From Octopus bimaculoides (taxonomy: Eukaryota): DNA of 64,000 nt. The notes under the pieces are model-generated. The model was given only the letters and a program-made list of their open reading frames with translations, was not told the DNA's origin and did no database searches. Below are positions 11,012 through 23,544 of this stretch, in pieces; position 1 is the stretch's first letter, and the number at the start of each line of letters is the position of its first letter. The DNA lies in assembly GCF_001194135.2 (NCBI RefSeq), contig NC_068989.1, forward strand, positions 26,371,455-26,435,454, in the 5' to 3' direction. Position numbers and translations under genes: made by a program.

Positions 11012-14000
11012 TATTAGCTAACACTAATAACTTCAATAATGATTATAACAATATTATTCTAGTAATCATCTGTGGATAGGAACCTAGACTCTTTTAACTT
11101 CATATAACACTTCTTAAACAATTAAAATAGGAATATAGTAGAAGTCACCCAATGACATATAATTAACACAAATAGATAGACTTGAAATATCTCCATTCAC
11201 TATATTTTTCCGATCACTATATTATTACTCTTCTCATAATTTTTCTTCATACTATATTTTTAACTTTCATCATCATTTTCATTTCATTTTATTTTATTTT
11301 GTACATTTTCACTTTACTTTTTACACCTTCATTTTATTTTTATCTCACTGTAACCTATTATTATTTATCTCTTTAAGTATCTTGTCATGTATTTTTCATG
11401 TATTTCAAATTATATTTGATGGGTTTTGATATGTTTAATATTTTACAATATCTTTCTGATATCACCGGTTTATTCTGGTAGTATTTCTACTACTTCTAGT
11501 GCTCTTATTGATTTTTTAAAGATGATTCTTGTAAAACTCTATTCCTATAGAACCTTATACAACTATATCAATTTTGTCACTTATTGTTTATTTGCTGCTC
11601 CCTTTTATCACTTATATTTATTTATTTTCTTTTAAAGTCATTTCTTTATTGATCATCCCTAACTTCAACTTGTTGTTACTTAATATCAGGTCTACTGGAT
11701 TTTGTCATAGACAAATCTAAAACCATAATTTTTTTTTTACATATATATAACTCAATCTATTGTGAATAATATATTAAATATAACTGTTACGTACTCAAAA
11801 ACAAGTTATACACTTGTAAGGTGTATTGTATGTGTGTATACATGGATGGATGTGCGTGCATGTATGCGGATACTATACATGGTGATATATCTATATCTGT
11901 ACGTGTGCTTAAGGATATGTGGATATGTGAATGTACGTATATGGTTACTATGGGGTAACTGTAGAGATGTGTGGAGATGTATGTGTATATTCATGTATTT
12001 AGAGCTGTGCAGAACGAAGCGTACTTTTATACGGTCGTGTATGCTAGCCTATGTATCTGTATGAGTGCGTGTGTATACATACGTATACCTGTATATATAT
12101 TATGACTTCTATGTACGTATATGCACCCATGCAATAGATAAGTTTGTAAAGCTAGTGGTATGTTTGTGTAAACTGACATGTTCATCAAAATGATATCAAA
12201 TTACAGCGTTAAACTCTAATTCAACGAGTGGTCAAGCTAAGAAATTATTTATGACCCCTACCATCTCATCCAAGTCAACATACTGCTCTCAGCTATATAG
12301 TATTTTATCTCTCTATCACTTATTCTACTATATGTTTTTTATTTCTTTTGTTACTTTATTCCAATTTTCCTAAATCTTATTTATATGTGTATCTAACAAT
12401 ATCATCTTTATTTTTATTTTTATTACTCTTATTTCTACTTCTATTACTTTTATTCTATTTTTTACTTTTATTTTTTTACCTTTTATCTTTCCTTTCTATC
12501 ATATACACGCTAGTTAAATATAAACTCATTTCAATCTATTTAACGTTCACTCTATGCTGAACAATATGGGCGGATTTTTGAAATCCAACGAACCTTTATA
12601 CAAATATACCTTTTCAAACGGATGTGATAAACCTATTATAATAGGTAATACTACGTGGACTTTTTCTTTTGCGATGTAATCTTTGGACTAACAATGTTTG
12701 CGGCTGAGGAGAGCTCTACACAATCTTTCATGTCAATAATATACCTATACTGACGTAATAACAGATTGTTTATAAAGTTTGAAACGAATGCTGCCGTTGA
12801 TTATCTCCAAGAGGCCATCACCTCTAGCTAGCTATGTGACACACGAACCTGTATCCTGTATAGCCTTCGAACAGCGGAGGTCAGCAATTTCCCCTTGCTG
12901 GTTTGGCATCTACAGACTAGTTTCGGGGTATATATATATATATATATATATATACGGTACTCACATGTATTCTTAAGGCACATATTACGATGTATCATAA
13001 TGCCTATCTTTCCTACAATACAAATTGCCAAGAGGTACTCCTATATTGCTTAACATAATCTTTAATATTTATTTACAATATATAACCAGATCTCACTTCA
13101 CCAATCAAACATACCATTACTTATGATCGAAATACATGTAAGAGAAAGGATTTTCCAAAAGTAGATCAATGTGGAAGTATTATGCGGATATGATGAATTT
13201 GTAGTTACTGCGAAATATATCGTGGCGGAAGCTGAGATTAGGGAACTTGATGTAACATTAGAAATTGCAGTTGTGGTGTGTAGATCTTTTGGTCTGATAG
13301 ATATTAAGATTCTGTCTTTGGGATTATTGTCACCAATTTATGTGGACAGATATGTTTTAGATGTTATCAGTAGATAAGCTCATTGTCAAAAGATACACTG
13401 CTATCGGCTGTTCAATGAATCCAAAGCATGGAAAGACAAGAAACGTATGAATAGAAGAATTTCTTCGTGACACCCAGTGTCGATTGAGATGTACTTATCC
13501 GTAAATGCAAGGGCCCCTCTATCCCCATTTTCTGAAATAGGAGTATTAGTGGCGGAATGCGTAGTAGTTGTATTGGAGATGTCTCTGTAGTTGTGATGTT
13601 AGTTGTATTGGTGTTAGTAATAACATATATGTATATATATATGTGGGGGGGGGGTATTCGTGTGTATGTATGCGCATTGGTGTATGTACATCCATGAGTT
13701 ATATGTTTAAAAATGAAGGAAAGAATATGTAGCTATATATAAATCTACATGAGTGTTATGGTTATATGTTACAATGTATTTGTAAACATGTCAGTCTTCC
13801 TGCACTTGTGTATTCATAAATGCTCATTTACGGCCGCGACTACACAACTGTTCTGCACAGAATTTGTTCTTTAATTTTCAGAATAATGGATTTAATTTTT
13901 TAATTAAACCTTATATAAAATGTTTCCAATAGTTTAGATACCGATTATATTATAATCTGATGTGAAAAACATTTTTCGCAAGTTGGAAGAAAGGTTTCGG

Positions 14001-14286
14001 AAAATTCAATTGATCCGTCTTTGATGGCAGCGGAAAAAAGCTTTCCATAACAGATTCCGACGGAGTTGAAATATACGTACCATCAGAAGCATATTTGTAG
14101 AAAATTTCATTTGAATATGATCAATTTCCCTAAAGTTATGAGAAAGAAAATTCGGTGGGGCACTTTAGTGTAGGTATGCCCTATCTTTATAAAATGTAAT
14201 ACTTTACAGATTGCTGAAAATAGGAAACAAAACACCACCAACTGGGTCACCCCCATGCCGTTTGAAGGAAATAAGTGCGGAGTTGT
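11012..14286 (-). repeat. Right arm of the ~3.2 kb inverted duplication
   Basis: Reverse complement of 6327-9565, with an extra ~270 bp at ~12645-12915 that the left arm lacks. Confidence 0.93.
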
Positions 14287-14559
14287 CTGCGGAATGGTCA
14301 AATTGATTAAAATGAAACGAAAAACCTGATATATTTCACGTTTCCTTTTGTCGGGCAGTTATGATACAGAATGGAATAAAATTTTGATCGCACATGTACG
14401 ATCAGAATTTTATTCCAGTTTCAATTCGTTCTATATCACCACTGCCCGATGAACCGGAACGTGAAGCTGAGTGGAGTAGTTTTGTGAACCCTTTGCAGCT
14501 TTAATGAAGAACGTATATTGTTCCACCTCCTGTATTCGAGCAGCATTTCTTTTCAACCC

Positions 14560-14776
14560 TCTCTTGCACCTACGTGTACGTGCTTACTGGAGGGTATGTC
14601 TGAATGCATGTATGTATGTATGCATGTATGTATGTATGTATGTATGTATGTGTGTATGTATGTATGCATGTATGCATGTATGTATGTATGTGTCTGTATG
14701 TATGTATGCATGTATGTATGTATTTATGTATGTATGTATGTATATATGTATGTATGCATGCATGCATTTATGTATG

Positions 14777-14840
<64 letters not shown>

Positions 14841-14850
14841 TGTGTGTGTA
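14560..14850. repeat. Compound microsatellite (ATGT)n/(TA)n/(GT)n, representative of many such arrays (e.g. 6170-6326, 6990-7130, 17124-17200, 24745-24905, 38170-38235, 43390-43505, 49267-49350)
   Basis: Directly visible simple repeats; they account for most of the ORF track. Confidence 0.97.
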
Positions 14851-15180
14851 TTTATGTATATACAGTATATGCATGTGGATGTCTGTGCATGAGTGTGCAT
14901 GTTCGTGTAGTTTTGGTCGTCTTTCTTGTGAAGAATGGAACTCGGGAAAGTAGAGAATTTGTTGCAACTGATCAGGATAATCCAAGTATTTTAGCAAATT
15001 TTACTGCATCAGATGTTCGGTCGTTGTACACAAATGTAAGATTCTTATAATTTCTATACTTCCATTATCATCACAAGAAGTTAATCGTTTTGTTTCGTTT
15101 TACATACTTTTATCAGTTATAGTTTATTTTACACGTGGTTTATGAAGGAAACATTAGTTTGATAAACTTTCAAGAAAAAG

Positions 15181-15590
15181 ACGCAGACATGGCTGTGTGG
15201 TCAGAAGCTTGCTTCCCAACTACATGGTCCCCCGTTCAGCCCTACTGCGTGACAACTTGGGCAAATGTCTTCTAGTATAAGTTTGGGGTGACAAAGCCTC
15301 GGGAATGGGATTTGGTAGACGTAAACTGAAAGTAGCCCGTCGCATGTGTGTGTCTGCGTATGTGTGTGTGTATGCGTGTGTTAGTGTTTGTTACCCCACC
15401 ATCGCTTCACAACCGATAGTGGTTTAGGTCCTCGTAACATAGTGGTTCGCCAAAATAGACGGATAGAATAAGTACTAGGCATAGACAGAATAAGACCCGG
15501 GGTTTATTTATCCGACTAAAACACTTTAACGCAGTGCTCCAGCATGGCCGCAGTGAAATGACTGAAACAATAAAAGAATAAAAGAAAATA
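15181..15590 (+). mobile_element. tRNA-derived SINE, family 1, near full length
   Basis: Head with A box (TGGCTGTGTGG) and degenerate B box, internal (GT)n, 3' end CAGCATGGCCGCAGTGAAATGACTGAAACAATAAAAGAATAAAAG. Other copies on the minus strand at 20570-20852 and 24325-24430. Confidence 0.85.
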
Positions 15591-17111
15591 TTTCATTTCT
15601 TTCCACTGAAATAAATAAAAAACCCTAATTATGATAAAATATATAATAATGTTTTTTGGGGGCGCTGGAAATTATTTTGATGTGTTAACTGAAATATCAT
15701 CTAACAATAGAAGCAAATCTTGTCAGTTTACGTAAAATGCTCTTTTATCATCTCTAAACAATGACCTCAATTTGTATTGATAATTCATTCGTTGCAATAC
15801 TTATTTTTGTTGTTCCCTATCATTTACATACACACATCTCTTTTCCTATAGAAAATGTGATGAAACCTTACGACCTACATTGGCAATATATGCTCTATTG
15901 ATAATGTACTCTATTCAAAAATGGAAATTAGTTAATTCGCTGAGTAGCTTAAATTATGCTCGTTTAAGTATAAATAATATTTTTGTTATATAATATTTTA
16001 TTAAGTTTCAGAAAGGTAAATGTTATTGGCTGGATGAACCCCAAAATATAGAGAATTGGAGCAAAACGCTGTTATAATATCGTATGTTCGAAACTGATAC
16101 ACAGTATACTTAATCCGAACTTAACTAAAATTAAATTCATAAATGTATAACGTCGATAATTAAATATATTGTCTCCTATAAATATTTTATTTCTCATCAA
16201 ATACCCAACAAATCAATAAAACTCAATTGCGAGTCGAGCTGTTAGAAATCAATAATTGCTCAGCCATTTGCTTAATTTCTATGAGCTGTGTTAAACGCAT
16301 AATTCTTTGAACATTTAACCTCAATTATCTCATTCATTTGTTATGACCATGTCATTCTTTCGATATCTTAAAAATAAGTAATTCGTTAAATAACAACTTA
16401 AAACATATACTTGTATGCACTGAATCATTTGTCATAAACTTAATCTACATTTTAGACGTTCTTGTAAGACAGGTTCTCAAGGAGCTTGTTTCATATCTCT
16501 CCCATTCTCCCATAAACGTTTTATCTTTTTTTTTGTTTGTTTCACTATTTCATTTCCGTAGTAGAGTGCCTTCCATAAACCTCTCTTCCATGTCAAATAT
16601 ATCCTGTCATTTACTCTATAATATTTGAATAAATGTCTCCTTGCTAGACACACACGTACAAACACTCACCATATCAAGCACACAACATTCACACAGTAAT
16701 ATATAGGAAGACATAAAACTGTTGGTTGTTATGGTAGTGTTGTTGATGAAATCTGTGGAAGACAGCGGGATTAGATGCCATCGAAGCTGTTGCAGAGAGG
16801 TATTCCTTGATGTTGACCTTGATAACGGTGAATGAAAATTCTTAGCATAGAGATAGAGGAGTATTAAGAAAATAAGACAGCTAAAGAGGAAATGAGGTCA
16901 GGCAGCCTCTAAATTCTAAGAATCCTCCGTTTTGCAATGCCTGGTGTTCCAGCGACAAATGTTAATAGAGTTTATTGATTTTAATTCCTTTTCTCGTTTC
17001 GAGATATTTGAGATACTAAGCAATTTATCTAAAATTAAAATCGACAATTCGGTTTATTTCAGAAGGCATTATGTTTGAAGGTAAGCAGGAGATAAATACA
17101 AATGGGACCAA

Positions 17112-17188
<77 letters not shown>

Positions 17189-17814
17189 GAGAGAGAGAGA
17201 TAGAGGCAGATTCAAAGAAAGACAGAGGAACACTGACAGAGTGAAAGGCAGCGAGACAAGTGCCTAGAAATATCGTGAAAATGCGCGCAATTTCGGGGAT
17301 GGATATCCAGGAATTATTTGTCGGAAAAAATAACAATTCTTTTTTTATTATTTATTTTCACTTATCACTTCACATATTGTAAGTCGTACTAAAAATGAGA
17401 TAGCTATTAGAAATATATATCCTAAACGTTTTGTTTGATCCTAGAAAACGTGATAAATCATTTCATAATTTTGATTTGTTTCTGACTACGAATATAAAAT
17501 CTTCTAAATCATTATGTAGTTAAACTAATTATCATTTAACCTACAAGTCTCGGAACCTGATTTCTATAAAAAAAGAAATATACAAAGTTCATTACATGTT
17601 TAGATACACACATTGATTCGCATACAATTACATTGACATATTCATGCCTAGGCATGTACATACAAACACATATTTATATACATATTTATATACACGTATG
17701 CATATATGTGCATGCATCTACGTATGTATCTGTGTAGGTATACTTGCATGAATATATGTGTGCTGTGTGTGTATGTATGTGCATGTGTGCGTGTGTGTGT
17801 GTGCCTGTGTGTGG

Positions 17815-17853
<39 letters not shown>

Positions 17854-18365
17854 TGTGTGTGTGTGTATGTGTTTGTGTGAACAGATAAATTTCGAGTTCA
17901 GTTAATGAAATCGTTGATAGACTGTCAGCTGGCATCAAGGTGTTACGTTATGGAGCTCCATTCGCGCTATTTATTCACTCTTTAATGAATATATGTAACA
18001 GATCTCGTGGAAAATTTAGTTGTAACACTGTATTACTTGATTCATTCAAGTGTTGTAAATGATGGTGGAATTATGTAAATTGATTCCAGATACAAGATAC
18101 TTCGAATAAAGTTTCGGAATGAAAAATTTATTAACTATTGTTAATTAGATTTTTTTTTTCTGTTATTTAATGGCCAAATTTCTTTCTTTCTCACTTCACT
18201 ATTTATTCCATTTCTCTGTGGGAGCTAATTCGATTTTCTTCTTAAACTAATACACTTCTTACACTAATAAGCATTATGTCTCAAACATTTATCTCCACTT
18301 CTCAAGCAAACACAATGTCCTACTATTACACTATTACAACCCAATTGTTATTTGCTTTGCTCTGC

Positions 18366-18453
18366 TAGGCAGTGACTCCATTTATTGTAAATCTATAGGC
18401 AGTGACTCCGGTTATTGTAAACTTATAGGCAGTGACTCCAGTTACTGTAAATT
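18366..18453 (+). repeat. 30-bp minisatellite, 3 units
   Basis: TAGGCAGTGACTCC(A/G)(T/G)TTA(T/C)TGTAAA repeated three times at 30-nt spacing. Confidence 0.9.
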
Positions 18454-19899
18454 TGCGTAAGCTTGTAGTTTTCTGAAACGTTGCATTCCATTTCGTCCTT
18501 GGACACCATGGTTGATCCAATAAAGCAGAACTATGGTCAACATATATCTTACGTCGACAATGTTACCTTTGTTTTGTTTACACATATGATTATTTAGTCA
18601 ACACTTTCCTAAGTTTTAAGTAAAGAAAAGTGTGATTTGGGGGAGTTATTGCTACTCTTTACGATATTTAATGACGACGCAATATTTCAAATGGTGAGCT
18701 AATCCTAAGTTAGATCACATTGTGTAAAAGATAGGAAAAGTCGGGATTCTAAATACGTACGGCATCAAATATTAATTGATTTGTCTTTTACGTTATTATA
18801 TTGCTCTTATTTTGATGCAAAATTGATTTGATTCCCACGAAGCTCCGGCACGCAATATTGTCTATTGTCCATAGTGCCATTTCATGTTGCCGAATACTTT
18901 TGGTGCCCTTCAAATTCCATACTAGCTTGAAATATTATATAAACAACTACTATTTCTATGTTGCTCATGAAATGGTAATGGCGACAAAGATGAGATGTTG
19001 ATGTTTATGATGATCATGATGACGACGATGACGGTGATGATGATGATGGTGTCGATGGTGATAATGATTCTGATTCTGATGATATAATAACAACGAAAAT
19101 TTACGAGATGACGACAACGTCGATGATGACGACGACGACGACGACGACGATGATGATGGTAGTAGTGGTTGTGGTGGTGGTGATTGTTGGTGCTGGTAGT
19201 AGCGGTGGTGGTAGCGAATCTGTAGCACATCATGATAGCTTTTGCTGCCATATTTAATAGAAGCTTCGATGTAAACGATAGCACATCCTCTCTCATCAGT
19301 CTCTTCATTCTTGGAAGTTATAGTCTTGTCTGTTTAATTGATCAATTAAATCGCATTCATTTTCCGTGTTAATATTTGCTCTTCTGTTTTTTCTAAGTTT
19401 AGATAAAATATATTCAGTCAAATTTCAAATGCATTTACCTTTAAAAGATACATTTGCTCTCTGACGTATTGATGGAATTGTTTGCATTAATTTATATATG
19501 AATTCAATTTAATGGTTTTTCTTTTCAGGAACAGGTGGGCTGAAGTTACAAAATATTATTCAGAATTTATTTCCGCATATTTAACTCCTGACAGCAAGTT
19601 CTTCTCAGGTCGATTCCTATGAGATATATGTGAGAAAAACTAGCGGAGCACTTGGAGCCACACAATGGACTGTATCCTCCCATCAAAAATATACAAGTGA
19701 CTTTAAATGATACCTGTCATTCGGCATATTTGTCAGAGAGGGGCCTCAAAAAATGTGCTGTATTTAATTCCGCTTAACAAAATCATCAGCGTTCGAATAT
19801 CATTCAACTTACAGTTCTATATTTAAAAGATGAGGAATTATGTACATTTTTTACATTATTTGAATTTGACGGATATTTGTCCTCATCTTGTGTGTTGTT

Positions 19900-19942
19900 A
19901 ACACTTTTCGGCTGATATACTCTCCAGCCCTCATCAGGTGAC
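19900..19942 (-). ncRNA. Hammerhead motif, left arm of copy B (stem III damaged)
   Basis: Reverse complement reads GTCAC CTGATGA G GGCTG GAGAGTATAT CAGCC GAAA A GTGTT; stem II GGCTG/CAGCC is perfect. Confidence 0.6.
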
Positions 19943-20012
19943 TTGGGGAAATTTCGAACCTGGGTTCTCATTCCTAAGGTATGTTTCGATGTTGTTGTTG
20001 TTGTTGTTGTTG

Positions 20013-20081
<69 letters not shown>

Positions 20082-20173
20082 NNNNNNNNNNNNNNNNNNN
20101 NNNNNNNNNNNNNNGTAGTGGTTAAGAGCGCGGGTTACTAACCCAAGTTTCCAAGTTCGATTCCAGGCAGTGA

Positions 20174-20218
<45 letters not shown>

Positions 20219-20306
20219 CAACAACAACAACAACAATAATAATAATAATATTAATAACATCGGAAAATACTTTAGGAATGAGGACCCAGGTTCGAATTTT
20301 CCCCAA

Positions 20307-20352
20307 GACACCTGATGAAGTTTGGAGGGTATATCAGCCGAAAAGTTGTCTT
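20307..20352 (+). ncRNA. Hammerhead motif, right arm of copy B
   Basis: GACAC CTGATGA A GTTTG GAGGGTATAT CAGCC GAAA AGTT GTCTT. Confidence 0.6.
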
Positions 20353-20569
20353 AACAACAAACAAGATGAGGAAAAATGTCATTCAACTTATGCTACCTTC
20401 CGATATATGTGTCATATTAAGCCAATCTTAAAACTCAATATTTCTTAAACGCTTTCCTTCCATTTGTTTTAATAGCTTTTACACAAAGATTTGCGAAGCA
20501 TGTTTCAATTTTAACGGATTGCTTTCATTGCTGACGAAATTATTTATTCATGCGAATTTCACATAAGGA

Positions 20570-20852
20570 TAATCGACTGCGGCCATGATGGACCTCCACC
20601 TTTTAGCCGTGGAACTCGACCCCAAGACTTATTCTCTGTAAACCTAGTACTTATTCTAGCGGTCCCTTTTGCTGAACTGCAAAGTTTCGGGGACATATAC
20701 ACACTAACATCGGTTGTGAAATGATGGTGGAGGACAAACACACCCTCAGTTTCCGTATACTAAATCCACTCACTAGACATTTACCCAAGGTGCCACCCAG
20801 TGGTACCGTATCCACAACCATGTGGTTGGGAATCAAGCTTCATACCGCATAT
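20570..20852 (-). mobile_element. SINE family 1, decayed copy
   Basis: Reverse-complement match to 15181-15590 (GACTGCGGCCATG, CTAGTACTTATTCTA, CCAAGGTGCCAC, CCATGTGGTTGGGAA). Confidence 0.8.
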
Positions 20853-22263
20853 ACTTCAATGGTTTTCTTCTACCACCACCCCGCCTTTGTTCCTCAAATT
20901 TCCCCTTCACCTTCCTATCGACATCCGTTGCTTATCATTTCAATTTCCACCCCTCCCTCTTCTCCTCGCACCTACATCCCTTTCTCTGTAGCCCTTCTTT
21001 ACCTGCTACCTAACAACGACGCCTCCCTTGATTATATCACCCATATCACCCCTTCCCACTAATCTCTCCTCTAACCATTTCTATTTCTACTTCTCTCAAT
21101 CCTCTGGTCACTCATTCCTCCCTGTTACTGTTCTGCATCTGTTATTACTTCTTGCCCTCCTTCTGCTTCTCCTTCTGCTTCAACACTAACTCCCTACATA
21201 CACATTGAACTGCCTACACCGTCTACTACCTGCATCTATTTACTTATTTACTTTTCTCTTCACCCACCATACCCTTAAATTCTTGTTGTCGATATTTCCA
21301 CCGAAAAGTCAGACGCCAGTTTTACGGTAATGTTTATTATGCATCGTAATGTTTTTCGCCACTTCAATATGCTGTTCCGTAGGAACCGACGTTACTACCA
21401 TGTTTAACCGCAGAAGGAGCCTTCTCCAGCTGGTTATCGATAATATTTGCACCCGACATATGTATACTGCAAGCAGGAGTGCAAACCCTTACCAACTTCT
21501 AGCGACGGTGAATAGCTACTTTATATACATCAATTACTGGATGCATATCTTTGAATTTTTGAACACACCATCTGCCACTTACAACAGTTGCGTTATTCCA
21601 AGGCCCAAAGACAGATGTCAGTCTTAAATTCCACCCATTTTAGTTTTCTGTACTTTTTCTACTTGTCAATTTGTTCTGTAAATATATAAATGTCTTTATG
21701 CTTATATGCGTGTGGTCATCTGAACACGTTCGTTTTTTGTTTCTCCGTATATATATATATATNNNNNNNNNNNNNNNNNNNNNNNNNNNNNNNNNNNNNN
21801 NNNNNNNNNNNNNNNNNNNNNNNNNNNNNNNNNNNNNNNNNNNNNNNNNNNNNNNNNNNNNNNNNNNNNNNNNNNNNNNNNNNNNNNNNNNNNNNNNNNN
21901 NNNNNNNNNNNNNNNNNNNNNNNNNNNNNNNNNNNNNNNNNNNNNNNNNNNNNNNNNNNNNNNNNNNNNNNNNNNNNNNNNNNNNNNNNNNNNNNNNNNN
22001 NNNNNNNNNNNNNNNNNNNNNNNNNNNNNNNNNNNNNNNNNNNNNNNNNNNNNNNNNNNNNNNNNNNNNNNNNNNNNNNNNNNNNNNNNNNNNNNNNNNN
22101 NNNNNNNNNNNNNNNNNNNNNNNNNNNNNNNNNNNNNNNNNNNNNNNNNNNNNNNNNNNNNNNNNNNNNNNNNNNNNNNNNTAGTAGTTTTAACTGCTAT
22201 TTTAAAATTTCAGTATGTTGGTGAAGCAATTTCTGCTGACCCCTATATGTTTACACACATACG

Positions 22264-22296
<33 letters not shown>

Positions 22297-22619
22297 GCAC
22301 ACACACACACACACATACATACACACACACACACGTACACACACTCACACACACACACACACACTCATATATATATATATTCATTTTGCAAGATTATTGA
22401 TGGGAAATCGTGTGTTGAAAGAGATGTTGTATTTGGGGACAGTCATGTTGCTAGTTTAGCCAATAAAAACACACGCACTATATATTTGGTGTTAATTTGC
22501 TTCAGCTTGATTTTATTTTTTACATTAATCTTATTTCGGCCAGAGTTTTTTCGTAACACTTCTGTAACCTCATCAGTGGTTCTTTGCTTTCTTGTTTCTT
22601 ATTTGTGTGTCTTTTCTTA

Positions 22620-23544
22620 CTAAGGATTAGCCATATTGGCTAAACTGGCAACATGACCATCCCTAAACACAACGGTAAAAAATAACAATAAGGAACAAAT
22701 ATATGAAAGGCAAGATCAACTCCACACCGTTAATCTTGCCACGAAAACTCCAAATCAAACACATTCCAGATGAACCAGAACAACAACGAATCCTCCGAGA
22801 GCAACTAGCACTAGAAAAAATGAGAACAGAAGTTGAATTACTTAAACTAAGAGATAAGAATCATGAAGAAAAATATAAAACGATCGATGACGTGATGAAC
22901 ACAGAATTCACGATACATGCCAATGCACAACTTCTATAAAATGTTATTAAACTCACAACCCCAGAAACAATGAAGCATACAGCACAAATATACAAAATCT
23001 CCCACTGCTTACTCAAGTCTCGAACGTGAACAGCATCCTAAATACACACAAACTGCTAATATGCAAAAGACAGACAAATGAATGAAGAGACTTCTAACAA
23101 ATGCAAAACTATACTCAACACAAACGATACCAACAGTTAAAATATATAGACGACCTAATTGTCGAACATACCCATACCTAACTGAAGGCTCGAAATTCAC
23201 ATTCTAGCAAGGAAAAAAAATTCTCAATTAAGACCAACTTCATATGTACTTCCCAGAACCTTCTCTATGTCCTAAACTGTTCAGGTTGTGGTTACAATTA
23301 TGTGGGCTAAACGAGCCTCATTTTGAGACGCAGAGTCACGCTGCATAAAGAACAGATTCGTTTCCATCAATACAGGCAGATAGCACTGAGTGGACACATT
23401 GACAGATGCGCAGTAATAAAACGCCGAAATTTCATATCTTCCCATTATACCAATGCAAAGATTCAATCTCAGTACAAGAACGCCTAAACAAGGAAAACCT
23501 GTTCATACAAAAGTACAGACCACACATAAATATACAAATTTGAC
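22620..23544 (+). mobile_element. Internally deleted Penelope-like element: putative N-terminal region followed by GIY-YIG endonuclease, no RT core
   Basis: CRTYPYLTEGSKFTF...FICTSQNLLYVLNCSGCGYNYVG*TSLILRRRVTLHKEQIR (~23160-23360) and ...ERLNKENLFIQKYRPHIN. Upstream coiled-coil-like ORF 22703-22939. Confidence 0.8.

Larger units (their letters stand above)
19812..20378. mobile_element. Fold-back element copy B; 12-bp TSD; centre partly in an N gap
   Basis: Same arms as copy A. Perfect flanking direct repeat TCATTCAACTTA at 19800-19811 and 20379-20390. The left tRNA-like head falls in the gap at ~20082-20114. Confidence 0.88.

Noticed and set aside
18366-18453. CRISPR-like regular repeats
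   Set aside because: The intervening sequences are near-identical, so it is a minisatellite; eukaryotic context and no cas genes.
21285-21325. Minus-strand CTGAC...GAAATATCGAC hammerhead-like string
   Set aside because: Core incomplete and no stem II.
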